Positions 14,301-29,300 of a stretch of DNA of 64,000 bases are shown here, piece after piece. Source of the stretch: Balanoglossus misakiensis (Eukaryota; Animalia; Hemichordata); assembly GCA_040954595.2 (NCBI GenBank), contig CM082576.2, positions 15,795,028 through 15,859,027 of the forward strand. The letters run 5' to 3'. Every line of letters begins with the position of its first letter. The stretch's first letter is position 1. The translations under genes were made by a program, and so were the position numbers. The notes below the pieces were generated by a model that saw only the letters and a list, made by a program, of their open reading frames with translations, was not told the origin of the DNA and made no database searches.

Positions 14301-17300
14301 TGAAATTAAAAGTAACAAAACAGGAGGATATTGCAAAATTCAAGAGAAAAAAGATGTGAAAATCAATGTGTGGAACCGGCCTCGTATTAACACTAGGAAA
14401 CAGTCTGTTGACACAGAACGTTCACATAAAAAATAAACCACAAATAGATGTACATATTGTATCCTGTACGGTTGCAGCAGATGCACCATTAACATTTCAC
14501 ATGACATCGCTTTTAATGTACGTACCCATAAAAGTCTCTTAAGCCATAGTATTCACGTTCTGTTTTGCACCTTTCAAACAGTTTGGAGTACGCCTTAGAC
14601 AAGGGGGCGATGAGACTTTCCATTTCGTTAGCCGATGTAGTGATTTGCCTAGAATTAAATTTAAATATGCTTGTGAGTAAAAGAACATCTCCAAAACTAT
14701 AGGGTAAACACTACATTAATGTAAATTTGAGATTAAACGTTAAAGTTAAAATTCACAGTATATATGGAGAATACTACAGTAACTATTCAACTTAACCATA
14801 CCTCGCTGTGTGCTCAATCTCTCTAGTGCTGGGAACATCCCGTATGACAAATATACCTCTGTTCATCTTCGCAGGATCTAGTGCCCAATTGGACATTCCT
14901 ATGAATCCAACTTTCTTCCAAGGTTCAGGTTTTTCCGTCTCATCAATGCATCCAGATTCAAGCAAGGGGTGCAGAGCCTACAAAATGATACATTGACAAC
15001 CTCAGAAATTGGCAATCTCAAAGATTTTCGGAGATACCTTTCATCATACTAGTGTCATATGTATAGCATATGTTTTATTAGCATGTCATTATCAACATTC
15101 GACCGCACACAACTTCCATCCCACTTGTAGACAAAATGAATAATCGGTCACTACTGTTTATTTATTTTGGCGAGATTATTACTTTTATACCCTACAGACG
15201 AGATGGAAGTTGAGTGCGGTCGAATGTTGATTCACTCTATATATCCACATGCAGAATAACATAAACGGTGTCTTCTATCAAACATAATTAATGGAAAATA
15301 CGGTAGTGAGAGAGATAAACCTTGTCCCTTTAAGGGATACCTGTCACAATAAAGAATAGCACTCGCCTATACTATACTCTAACACAACGTTCAATGCTAA
15401 AATGACCACGAGAAATGATTATGCAAAAGGAGGTAAAAATGCCAACCTCCAGAAAATGTGAAATTCTGCAGCACAATGTGACATTATTCCAACACTGGTG
15501 ATAGAGAACGAATGAAAATGCCAGATGGCACTCAAAGCCCTACATCTGAAGCGCTAGTGATAGAGAACGAATGAAAATGCCAGATGGCACTCAAAGCCCT
15601 ACATCTGAAGCGCTACATTGGTAAATACACTGTGATCATAGCCATTCATATTCTAAAGTCCATGGGTCAAATGTACAGTGTTTACATGGCCAATTGTATA
15701 TAGACAGTCAAAAAAGACACAGCACACCACAAACAATAAACAAAATGAACATAACAAAGTCAATTCCACGTCAGAAAGAGATATTTACTTCCGGCAAAAA
15801 GACCAGGCCTAGGAAGTGGTGTCAGGTTTTTCTCGCGAACTGCAGTTGGTTCTAAACTACACGTAGCTTACCTTCAGAGGCATCAGGGGCGAATCTTCAG
15901 CGAGACCTACTTCATCTAAAACTACAACACCAATATTTCTTTCTTGGCGTTGCTCTTTCTGGAACATGGCACACTGACTGAAAGTCTCAACAATATTCTG
16001 TGGTGTAGTGTGTTGACTACATTGGCAAGACCACATTTGCACCTTTTGAAATACAACAATTATGTTATTAAGAGCGCATAAGCTAAGCAGAAGACATTCA
16101 TTTCATATGATCGTACTGTCCAACTCAGACATTTGCAAGTATTATTACAATATCCAATTTTATTGTTATCATTAAAATAATTGTAATTAAACCTACCGAT
16201 TTCATTTTCCGAAAGAAAGGAGACAGCGAACCGATTCCCTTCATTTCATTGTCAACAATGACTTTCGCCAGAGATTTTGAGCTACCAGGCTTTCCGACGA
16301 GAAAGATTGGTATTCGCAATTCCAAACATATTATGACCATGAAGACGTTCTCTTTCAAGGCTTCGTTCTTGGCAATATTTGGATTGAGTTTAATCTCATT
16401 CAAGAAAACGTCTTGGCATCTGTGGAAATTTACAACAACACCTTTCAAAGGTTCGGAAAACGTTCTCCTTAAACACGCACAACATCATTAACAGTAAATC
16501 TCTTCATAGTAAAAACAAAAAAATAAAATAAAACAATTTAAGCATCCCATATGATCGTACAGCTATAACGTGTTATACATGGAAAGACATTCGACCACTG
16601 CAGGGGGCATAATGCTTTCACCTTTTCACATTTAAATGAATAGATGAGGGGTTATTCACGAAATGTATCCTGCAACAACAACAACAACAATAACACAATT
16701 TCTAATGATTTATAGATAGATGGCATTTTCACAGTTCAATGGTCCGCGTGGTTTGCAATATACCACAAAATAGTAATCTTTATTCGTACCTGTCGATTTC
16801 AGTCTTTATTGTGTGGGGCACATTTGTTAGACTGTAGGCTTTTTTGAAACAGACTGCGATATGTTCGCGATATGCTTCACGATTCACCAAAGACGAGTGG
16901 TAACAGACACCTACGGTCAGTATTACAGCACGTATCATCCGTATCTGCTTTGTATCCTGGAGATAATGGAAAAGTGTAAATAACAATACATCATGCTAGG
17001 ATTTATCATACTTTTTTGTAAAACGGGTTAAAGTAAAGAAGACAAACTCTAATACTCCAGAATGACGAAGCGGACGTTTCGTTAGTTTGTGATTAACCGG
17101 TCAAATTCCTTACTTGTTCTTCATTGCGATATGTGGTTTTATAGATATTAATAAGGATTGTCCCTATTACAAAACATGTGGAAAACTTGTCCAACAGAGT
17201 GGCCTTCCAAATTACATAGCATGGTCGATCAATTAGTATTATATTAAATGTGCGTAAAATATGCAAATAATGTCGATGTGAAATCTCTGTAATGTTTAAA

Positions 17301-20300
17301 TATTGGCTAAAAAGAAGATATATGTACTAAAAACGTTTACTCTACAGTTACTTGGTACCGGATTAAAATCATGAACGCACGTTCATTCTGCAGGTATTCA
17401 GGTCAAATTCTGACAGACCGTGACTGTTTCCGTCTATTACCGCATAGGCGTCATCACCGGGATCGGCTTTAACGAGGAACCTTGAATCTTCACCCATTCC
17501 GGGGCCATAAATATCGTGATTGTCGTACATCCACTTGAAGACCAGAATAACCCGTTCTACATCTCGCAGACTGACAAATCTACACTCCTCCTGCAATGGC
17601 ATGCACATTGTATGATAAGCCCGGTTGATTTGTCGGAGAACAAATAACTGTTATTTGAACAATTATAGTATATATCAAACTTTGCATCGTCATGCGGAAC
17701 CTGATTGAGATCACTTTTGGCCAATCAGGCACTTCCGTTACTTTGTCCAATCACTTTTCAGCTCACCCTCTCAAATGTAGCAATTGGTGCTTGTTATTAC
17801 GTTCGCCTTTGAAACTATAATTGTTGTCGTGCGTGTCAAACATCATTTAAGCAACCTTGTTCATCTAAAATACAGCAACATGGTTTGGCAAAAACAACCA
17901 AAGCCTGCATTGAAATATTTGAGTTTCCCTATTACAGTATTGTGGCACCTGAAAACCTGAAAATAATTTACGTCTGTTGAAGTCAGCAATGATGTTTTCA
18001 CTGAAAAATTAGTGCGTGGCAAGTATCACCACTTACCTTCTGATTTCTCATGTATTGATGAGATGCGCTCAGAACATGGATCAAGAAGTCCTTCTCTCTC
18101 TCATCCAGTCTACTTTCCTTGAGCTACAATGTATAAGAAGCAAACTGACCATTAAATCTCGCCAAGTTATGACCTATCGATGTCTAGATGGTTTCCATGC
18201 ATGCACCTACGAAGAATACTTGTGAATATCACTCACCCTACTATTCACAATGGCGGAAATATATGACATTTCCAACGAGGCACTAAGTTCGCCGAAGTCC
18301 CATACACATGAAATTAGACTGGGAGGTAGTTGATGCACACGGTAAACAAGATGGCGGAGAGGCGTCTCACCTACAAAGAAGTTAGAATAAAAAGTAAATG
18401 TGTCTGTCATCTCCAAGGAAGCAATTAAACGTCTAATGACAATCAGAATACGCCTTTTTCATAAAGTGGGCGCCCTTCCGAAATGATGCAAAAACGAGGC
18501 CACTAAGCCACTGAGTGAAACTCTTATCCGGTCTGCTCGTCTTGTGTATCGTCGCCATAGTTGGGACCAACGTTCGACTGCCACATTTTGTTGTAAGGTA
18601 ATATTTACACGCAAATTCTGTCATATGTACAACAAGCCAGACTAGCTCGAGCTATAACTTTCTGGTCTCGTTTTTGCGTCGTATGGTTGGAGATGACGGC
18701 ATGTTTTGGTGGGGGAAACTTTTGACGAATAAAGCGTATAAGTATATACATGTCATATTGCACTAACACATACCTAGCTTTTGGTTTGTGTCGTCTGCAC
18801 TGACTCGAAATCCCAGCCCGGCTGCTTCCAGGTTGCTGATAGCCTTGTCAGATAGCTTTTTGTACGGGTTGCAAGCAGCAACAAACTTCAGTCTATCATT
18901 CGTCAGGCGTCTGCCATTCAGCGTCCTATCCATCATGACTTCTTTTATGAGAGTGACAGCTTCAGTGGTATTGGCTTCGTCAAAAAACAGCACAGTGTCC
19001 ACGTCCTTATTTTCCTCGGCCAGATGTTCCGCCTCGTCCACTTTTCTCTCGATGTCACTGAATGTGGTACCACCATGGACCTGGACAAGTACAGTTTATA
19101 TGTAGCTTTCCATTCAGATATATTCCCTTAACATTATAGTCCCATATAAACTTGTAGTAGTGTTTGTTTGGTAGAGGAGTTTTAGAAACTAGTAAAGCTC
19201 AAAATCATTAGGCTTAGTCTGGTCCACACCGCCCAAAAGTGTTCATGTATGCTAAGTTAATGCAACATTGAGTCAATTTTTCACCAAATACAAAACTATA
19301 TTATGCATTTATGCAATTAGAATTTGCAACAGAGGTTTTAATCGGTAGATTGGCAAACGTGACACAATTTGTATCAATATAAATATAAAATAGCTTCTTG
19401 TTTTTGTGACTACACATATCTTGAAACGTGGGCAATATTAACGAACACCAAATGGAGAATGAAAATACCTTCAGAACCATGAAATTTGATATGGATTCCT
19501 TGCCGGCCATCATATTACACAGATACTCAACAAGGCGAGTTTTTCCGCATCCTGTTTCTCCCATGATAACGACTGGTATACCACACCTGTGTATAAATTG
19601 TTGTTGTTGTTTTATTTGCACAAAAAAAAATCAGGTGTTCTGTCCCTTATGTCAGGATAATAAGGAAAAAGAGTAACGCTTATAGATAATCATATAGCAC
19701 TGTTAAAGTATTGAGTATTGATTCTGTGCATGTGTATTGTGTTCTTTATACATGAAATTGAAAATATAATGACAGACCGTATAATTGACGTATATAAAAC
19801 AAACTCAACTAAATAAGCGAAACCTTGAATTCAAACTGTCAGCAGTACTCATGACGCACAAACCCACTAACATATAAATGAACATATTACTATGTAAGCA
19901 TTTACTCTATGGGTCGTATGCCGCTTTTAGACTGAACCACTATCACATGGCTCTTTTAATTGTCTGCACTATATTATATATATAAGCTTACAGACCTGAA
20001 TCTCATAAGTATAGCAATCATCTTTGTTACTGAGTCTGTAGTCAGCTGGTAGGTGTCGTCTGGGTCGTATGCCGCTTTTAAACTGAGTACACGGCGCATG
20101 TGTTCCAGTTGTTCAGCGCTATTAGTTCACATGTAAAGGAAAGAACACTCATTTAACAAGCTGTCAATGCATGCACGCATTTGGAACCAACAGCAATAAC
20201 AAGTATTTTGAAGTTGACATAGTTTAGCTCACTATGCATTACCCCAAAGTCCTCTTTGTGTAGCCCATGTTGAGATTGTCAGAACAATATGTACCCCAAT

Positions 20301-23300
20301 CCACGGTTGAAAATCGTAAATGTGGTCGACGTGTAGAGAAATTGTCAAACATGTCAATCATGGGCTGCAATGCAGAATAAGCAATGTCTTTAGAATCTGC
20401 AAAGGTGTCTCTGCAGGTCTAGAGCAAACATAATCCAGCAATGCACATGCTGCCAAATATGCCGGCACAGATTATTGTTTAGATAGTTGTGTACAGTTCG
20501 GATAATCGCAGGTCTGGTCTCCAGGCTTGGGTTGCAACTCGACATGCTATTAACTGGTATCTCTCGACTCGGAGATATCACGTCACGATTGTAATTGGTA
20601 CGTGGATCTACTGCCGAAGACAACCGTACTTACCGGGATAGATTATTGAAATCTCCTTCAACATTCACATTGTTGCTCTTCAGAGCGTCCCTAGTTCTAA
20701 AATGCATACGAAGATCAGGGACAGTCACCGCTGGATTTGAACAACTGACAACGGTACCATCCTGTAGTACGTTGAAACCATGGAAAATGAGTGCTTCGCC
20801 ATCTTCATCAAATATGATGTATGGATGCAAGCTGTAATTGAAGGAAATTGAACTGATAACAATTTTAAACTGAAGATGAAGAATGGTGACATATATCTGT
20901 AATACACAGATGTGAACTAGTAGATACAAGTGTAAGTCTTATTATAAAAATCAAAACCAACATACTCTTTTTCCCATTGACGACGAGGCGTGTACTGCTT
21001 AACAATATCAACTTCCCCATCAGGCACACCACAGTCTCTAAAACTGGCGTCTGATATGGAAAGACTTGGAGTCGCAAAATCCTGAAAGGAGACAGTTAAT
21101 GGTTAAGTAAGTAAAGGTCAGCGTTCATAGAGCTGTGCATACGTTGTTTTTGTCAGCATGTTGGTTAATATGTCCAATTGTATTTCAATGTGTATAAAGC
21201 AGTGCATAAATTTATTTTGTTCTGCTCATTAGTGCATCTACATGTAAATGGTATTTAAATGGACATATATGTTACTATGTAAACAGTCGCTAAAGTGCAC
21301 GTTACCTGTGACAGAAAGAGCTGGGACTTCATGACCCAAAATCTGAAACCAGGAAGGTCTTCCTTTAGACTTGGATCACAAAAGGCGTTTGTTTCCCAGT
21401 TGCTGAGCTGGTAATCAAAAAACCTGACGAACTGGCCGATCACAGACCAGGATGGGTTGTGGGAACCAGTGTACCTGTGGTGAACGTACAAAAAAATTGG
21501 ATTTTCACCGACAGCTTTTTAGCCATTGTGCATTTGCATATCATACACTCCCACAACTATCAATCCTAACCCTGACTGAAGAGTAGAAGCCGCTGTGGCA
21601 AGTGTCCAAGGGTAACTATCTTAACAGTCACAAGTATACATTGAACAACATAAGCTTTTTTTTCGAATTTGATGTGGGTTTCACTCTGTGATTTCATGCG
21701 CCGACCTTCGTCCTATATGATTTCAAATCGCATAAGTTACAATTTGGTTAATGTGGATGCAAAACAAAATCATAAAATGTTCTAGTGTTCTTGCAACTAA
21801 TTTAACATGTTGTTCGTTCTTCCAACGTTTGCCAGAGCTATTTGACAGTTTTCATGATGCCAGGAATTCTTTTCTGTGGCCAACTTACTTAAGAATGACC
21901 TCTAGGTTAGTCCTGGCCAAGCGTTTGTCGATAGTCGTCGGTTTAAAGGTCTGGCCAACTCTCTCCTGCATCGTTCGTTTCCGGTGGAAGATTTTTTGAA
22001 GCTTGTCCTTCAAACCCGGAGATCGCTTTCCTTGTTCGATAAGAGGTAATTGATCCTGCTTCTGATAATAGTCCAGATAGTAGCACACACGTTGGAACGG
22101 TTCACTGGCAAACCTTTCGAGAACTATTCCTTGAACATCTTCACCTGCAGAAGTAAGTAAGGGGTATTTTGCTGAAGGTTGGAATATGCAATAATAGAAC
22201 ATGTTAGATATGAACGTTCTATTCCACTGTGTGTGTTTTAGGTCCATTACCACAAGTAAATAATCATGAGTACAGCATACTTCTAAATGTTTATTCTATA
22301 GTTAAGAGTTGTGAAATATGATCATACCTAACCACATTCCCCCAAAATTGGCACTACCTCAAAAACCACTCACCACACAGCATAGCATACACAACTTAAA
22401 AGTACATGCCTCTAAGTCAAAGAGAAATAGGGACTCCTGGCAAAAATCCCAAGAAGTTGTCAGCCTTTTTACAGGTGTTTAAAAAAATGCCAGCATCCTC
22501 TCTCATATGGCACCTGCATTCTATAGAATCATGTGCCTATAAGAGATACTTGTGTACCAGCTAATGGCATCCTCCAAAAAGCGTTGCGATGCAGAAATAA
22601 GCCTTTACAAACAGTACGATTGATTTATGTGTGCACGGAAGTGACGCACACTCAAGATCATTGGAACATAACATCGAAGAACCTTACCGCTATCCCTGTG
22701 CGGTTTTCCATCGTACTCCAGTGCTTCAAGAGGTGACAGACAGTTTGTTATTGGTAAAAAATCAAGAGATGCTGCTTGTCCACCACCCTGTTTCTGAAAT
22801 ATAATTAAAACATTGATTCTTGTACATGATATTAACTGTTTTAAACAAGACGTTAGCACGATATGATAATGATTACAAAAAGCTTAAATAAAACGTTTAT
22901 AAAGTAAAAAAGTGCAAAACTAAAACAAATCATGTTGCACATGGAATTGCTGGTAAACTGCTGCAAACAAGACGTTCAACAAATGCAAGAAAGTTAAAAA
23001 GAAAGTAAAATAGTTCAACTTACCATTTGGGGAAGTGTAGTTTCGATGATATACAAATCCCTTTGTCTTCTTCTCCATACTCTGCCTGTGTTATCCGTTA
23101 TGCGTTTCAGAACAGCAAGGTTGAAGATAAATTCTGATAATCCTTGTCTCACCTCAATATGCAAAAAAATAAACCAAACCAATTTAACAATTATTCAAAT
23201 CTATTCAAGCATTACACTAAATCTTGGAATTGGCGATCAAGGAGACACTTTTACAAGCTAACAGTGCTAGGCAAACGTTAAATTTGAGATATAATTTATC

Positions 23301-26300
23301 TAAGATTTTTCTAAATGGAACATACGAGTGGTGAAATGTCGATATGAAAGATTCGCGGCGGTCTGTCAGTACCCTGGTCACTTTCCACTAGTTTCTTTGC
23401 AACTAGACTGGAATCCAATTTTCGTGTGTGAACAGGTATCTTCATGTACAGATCGCTGACATCACTTTCGGGGTATCTGCTCTTCAGAGCTTTCTGCAAA
23501 TTCTCCACGAATAGAGTCTTTCCATTTCCAGGCATTGTTGAGTTGACCACTCGCAGGGACATTCTGATATTGAGTGAAAAGGAAAATACCTGCAACGTAA
23601 TTTCTGATCATTCGAAAGATTTTTTTTCGAGACAGAATGATATAATTTACAGGTGGTCAACTTCATTGCATCCAGCCAACAACATGAAGCATAAAATCAA
23701 GTACATACCTTTGGGGATGACAGGTTGCTGCGGAATTGTCGTTTTCTTCAAAGAGAAACGAATCCATGCATTTGCGCAGTTCCATGTCCGATATGATCTC
23801 CAGTTCCTTTATATCTTTGTATTCACTTCCAAACGACGCAACAAGCTCATGAATATTCTTAACCTCCGAGCAAATGATCGCAACACGGAAGACTGAAAAA
23901 GAAAAAGAAAATAAAGCTGTGAATCATTTAATAACATGTTATGCCTTTGAAAAGATCAAACATGAAATACCAATGTCCAAATCATTCACGCGCACAGTAT
24001 TGTATATAACACAAAAGTATAGTATCTTCAATAATTATAAAAGCTCAATAAAATAAAAGTTCAAACTTTTTGCTTAGAAACACTTATGTTCATGATACTT
24101 ACGCCTTCGTCCCTGAGAATAGTAATGAAATTTCTCAACAGCATGCTGACTTATGTGACTCTGTAACAATTCTGGACGAAATAAACATTGCATTCTTTGG
24201 GAACTGCCATTTGTCAGGGCTCGTCTCCAAAACAAGTCGACCTGCAGGTTTGATGAATATTGAATAAACAATTTGCGATGGGAACAAGTGCAAATGTACG
24301 GATGGATCGAAATGTACATCATCACTCATCACATAGTACCAAATTGTTTCATGTATGGGCTTTGGGTTCTAACCTCAATGTTGATCGTCAGTTTATCTGT
24401 AAAAGGTAACGCCTATACTATATAAGCAACATACTTATGATGTTTAAAATTACTTACATCCTCGGTAGTTGTATCTTGTGAACATATTAGTACATCGCCG
24501 GCCTCGGGTGGGCACAGTTTGCCCTGATGGCAATACAGAGAGGTACAAGCTCTAAATGCACAACCTATAAAAGGAGCAGTGCTTTAATGAACAAGTACAT
24601 GCAAATCATTCAATAAGTGAGCTAGCTGCAACAACCATGGAAACGATGCCGCGGAGCCTTTCTTTGAGAGGTGATTGCCGCATCTGTTCATTGTGATTGT
24701 GTAGAGCTACGAGAAGGTTAAGATTATGCATTTGTATGCCAGACGTAAAATAATATTCATAAATGTATGCTTGCCAGAATGACCAAGCCTCTACATAATT
24801 AGAATTAAAAAGCTATGGTAAACGTATTTTTGAAGTCTTAGGTTATATGTGGCACACAATACTTATTGAAACATCCCTTAATTTTAACATCTCAGAAGAG
24901 TCTGCATCGTTTGTCGTCGAGTCCAGGTGTGATGTGACAAAGGCACAAATAACATACAGGTTCGGCTAGCATCATAATTATAATGCACTTTGGGCATCTA
25001 TGGTTCATAAAATAGACCAAAGATCTGAAGATAGTGATCACAGATTTAGTTCACCCCGTATTAGTTAGGTACTCTTTATCACAGAGAATTTACAGTATAC
25101 TTACTGACTGGCGACTTGTAAAAGTTCAACTGACCAGTTTCAGCATCGTGAGACGTGGGTAAAGGAGGAGCTCTACCAACATCCGAAGACTCTGGTACAC
25201 AACAGAGACAACATATATCATTAAACAATGTACTATAAATATGTCAAGACGCAGAATTGATCGGCTATTTAGTTGTGAGAAAGTAAACTAATAGAAGCAC
25301 AACATTACTGGGATGTCGAAATTCTTGGGCAATTTGAAGTTTCACCTTCAATGTAAGGTTGGATTCATAAGAAATGGTGGGGACCATATTATTTGCACTG
25401 GCCGAAAATATTTCCAACTTTATACTGTATGTTACCACAGTACATGAAACAATGGTGCGTAATACACTTGTTTTTCTAATGTTTCCTTAATTCAGAAGGT
25501 GTTATCTGTCGTGATAGGCTTACCTTCCCGTCCAAGGTAATCAAGCAACAGTCCCAGTAATTCAATACTAATGTGATCTGTACGTGTTTCTTCCAATGTG
25601 GTTTGGTTTACTTGGTATCGCAGCCAACGCTCCTGTAGTCGTTTAACTAAAATGCTATTGAAAGGAGCAAAATTATTTCTAAATTGTATGGTCTTTGTGT
25701 TGGTTTGGAATAGTTTGGTCTTGTTACTACCAATTTCAAAATAGCTTGGAAATTCTTTGTCCTCTGGTGATAAAACAAACGTCTTTTGTAGCAAAAAGAA
25801 ACGACTGTACTGCATACCGCAATCGTAAATTTTGCAACAATTTACCACAGAATTCAAATATTGGCAACACCGTATTTCTTTGATACCAGCGACACGTTAT
25901 CTCTAAAATTGTAACAACGTCACAGTAGACAAAGAGGCGCCTCCCATCCCAATTGCGCAGTTGAAGTAGTATGGGGTGCCATGTGTTAACTTATTATTTA
26001 GCTAAATTATTTGTTCAAAAGTCGTTATTTAACATACTTATATGTATATAATTATAGATTTGCAAACCATTTAAGTCCTGACAATTTATTTATAAATAAT
26101 TTCAAGTCGATTCAATTATATACATAAAATGTATTTTATGCTTTTTTATTTATATATAAACAATTATTTATAAACAATGTCAGTGTCAGTCTATTATATA
26201 TATATCATGAGTGATGTACATAATTATTTATATTTAATTAATTATTTATAAATAAAAAAAATTTAAGTGTATTTTATATATATCATGAGTGATTTATAAA

Positions 26301-29300
26301 TAATTTAAGTGCAAGTCTATGATATATATATCATGAGTGATTTACATTATATAATGAATTATATATAAATAAGTGATTTCTAAACCATGAAAAAATGCAC
26401 TCGCGCCGTTTGTCAACTTATTATTTAACGCAAACTCATTATTTAACGCAAACTCATTATTTAAGGCCTGTTCACACAACCCCTTGCATTTGGATCATTA
26501 CGCACACATATAGTCCCCACACGTGAACAAGAAATGCACATTACGTGCGGTCATTTCATTTTTATTATACTCCTTTCAAAGGTTAGATGAAACACCGAAA
26601 AAGGTATCAACTAGTTAGTGATTTTAGCCCGTGATTGCAATGTTTGATTGAAACGCGAAAAGCTGATCGATAGCTCTACATTGTGGTCTCCGAGGTCAAA
26701 GGTTGGCCGGTCATGACAATGCCATTATTAAAATAGGGGCCAGTATTCAAGACGTGACTCTACCAGCCTCCAGACCAGGAACTGGCGACCCGCCGTTTGT
26801 TTCCAACGCCAAATGTGATTCTAATGTTGAATTTACGAGAAAACAATTTATCTGACCTGTAGTTTTTTGGCTCACTTACGTTTTGATGACTGGCCCCTAT
26901 TTTAATAATGGTATCGCCATGACCGGCCAACCTTTGACCTCGGAGACCACAATGTAGAGCTATCGATCAGCTTTTCGCGTTTCAATCAAACATTGCAATC
27001 ACGGGCTAAAATCACTAACTAGTTGATACCTTTTTCGGTGTTTCATCTAACCTTTGAAAGGAGTATAATAAAAATGAAATGACCGCACGTAATGTGCATT
27101 TCTTGTTCACGTGTGGGGACTATATGTGTGCGTAATGATCCAAATGCAAGGGGTTGTGTGAACAGGCCTTAAATAATGAGTTTGCGTTAAATAATGAGTT
27201 TGCGTTAAATAATAAGTTGACAAACGGCGCGAGTGCATTTTTTCATGGTTTAGAAATCACTTATTTATATATAATTCATTATATAATGTAAATCACTCAT
27301 GATATATATATCATAGACTTGCACTTAAATTATTTATAAATCACTCATGATATATATAAAATACACTTAAATTTTTTTTATTTATAAATAATTAATTAAA
27401 TATAAATAATTATGTACATCACTCATGATATATATATAATAGACTGACACTGACATTGTTTATAAATAATTGTTTATATATAAATAAAAAAGCATAAAAT
27501 ACATTTTATGTATATAATTGAATCGACTTGAAATTATTTATAAATAAATTGTCAGGACTTAAATGGTTTGCAAATCTATAATTATATACATATAAGTATG
27601 TTAAATAACGACTTTTGAACAAATAATTTAGCTAAATAATAAGTTAACACATGGCACCCCATAAAGTAGTGCGTGTTGAGAGACGTGAGCAGAAAGGGGT
27701 GGACGATTCGAGCACGGACGACGAGAGTTGTTTAGCGTGTCGATGCTGCTCTACGAAGCTCGTAGTTACCTTCTGACCGGGACATTTGCGCTTAAGGTGG
27801 CATTGCATGAAACCGTCGAGACTTTTTCAGAGGCCTATTTCTCATCAAAGACAACGTTAAAGCCCCCATAAACCATATATATTCTGGAAGCTGAGTTTTT
27901 GAACTTTTGTTTGCGTTGCAAATATTATTGATCCCCGGAAATGGTGGCGATTTTGGGTTAAAAACCCCATTTTTTTATATTATGTCATAAAATGTAAAAT
28001 AGGTAAAAAGGTTGACCATGCATCATGCATCTTAATATGTCATTCGAAACTAGAGTACACGTGCAAAAAAACGATAATTTTGTTTTGCGTTATCTGCTTC
28101 CATTGAGGAGTAACAGCGTTTGAAAGTTAGATTTTCAGAAATTTTGATCAAATTCACGGTGAGTTGTATTGAATCAGAGTTTATTCCCGCCAGGCACACT
28201 TTATCGACTAACAAAAATACCGTTTTGTTGGATGGGTCATACACAATATGCATCTTAATGCATGCATCTTAATATGTCATTCGAAACTAGAGTACACGTG
28301 CAAAAAAACGATAATTTTGTTTTGCGTTATCTGCTTCCATTGAGGAGTAACAGCGTTTGAAAGTTAGATTTTTAGTAAAATTTGATCAAATTCACGGTGA
28401 GTTGTATTGAATCAGAGTTTATTCCCGCCAGGCACACTTTATCGACTAACAAAAATACCGTTTTGTTGGATGGGTCATACACAATCCCTAGTTAAAATTT
28501 GAGCAAATTCGGCCAACGCAGAGCGAAGCTATTTTCGTCTGAAGTTGTCAAGAGCAGCGAAAATGCAAACTGAGAAAAACGGCCATTTGCATTGTTGACA
28601 CCTATTTGTTAAGCTGTGAACTCATTCAGAAAAGTGCTATTTGGGGGTGATTGTGCACCATTTCCGCCAAGACGTATTAGTCAGGATGTGGGTCAGTACT
28701 AGGCCTACCGATTTATGTAAAAAAGTAAAATTTGGCAAAAATCACAACTTTTCATGCAATGCAATGGATTCTTGCCGATTGCCGCACGCCGGCGGGTATG
28801 AAAGTGTATAGTAGGCTAAGACGTCGATCCACCGGCCGGCAGCACCGCTCCCAACATGACCAGCTCCACGCCACTTTGAGCTGCACCGCGGTCGGATATC
28901 CCACCCCGTCTGCCGGACAGCATATGAAGATGTCTGAGGCATTTTCTAGTCAAAGTGTACACGTTTAAAACTTTGGGGTTTTCGGAATGGAAATAGCGGA
29001 ACAAGAACATGGATTTATACTAATCATGAACGCCAAACAAACGTTGAAAAAGTCAGATCTGAAGAAGAAAAAATCCGCTGGGCGCGATGACGCGCCGACG
29101 TTATTTTTCAAACAATGTAACCTGTCACGCTGAGTTCATATATTTTGCTGCCACAAACAAGTTCATGCGTAGGTCGAGAAAGTTCTCAAGCGGCCGGGTG
29201 ATCGCTGCAAGGTTAGCGGCGGCCTCGCACGCCCGAATTTGCCACAAAACTATCAGTCCACACAGCGATGCGGTTCAAACTCTTCCGTTGTATTTCATTT

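Noticed and set aside
25965-25990. AGTAGTATGGGG start suggesting a Polinton/Maverick TIR
   Set aside because: The right end lacks the complementary ACTACT; AAGTAG recurs as a direct repeat and is better read as a TSD. No Polinton coding sequence is present.
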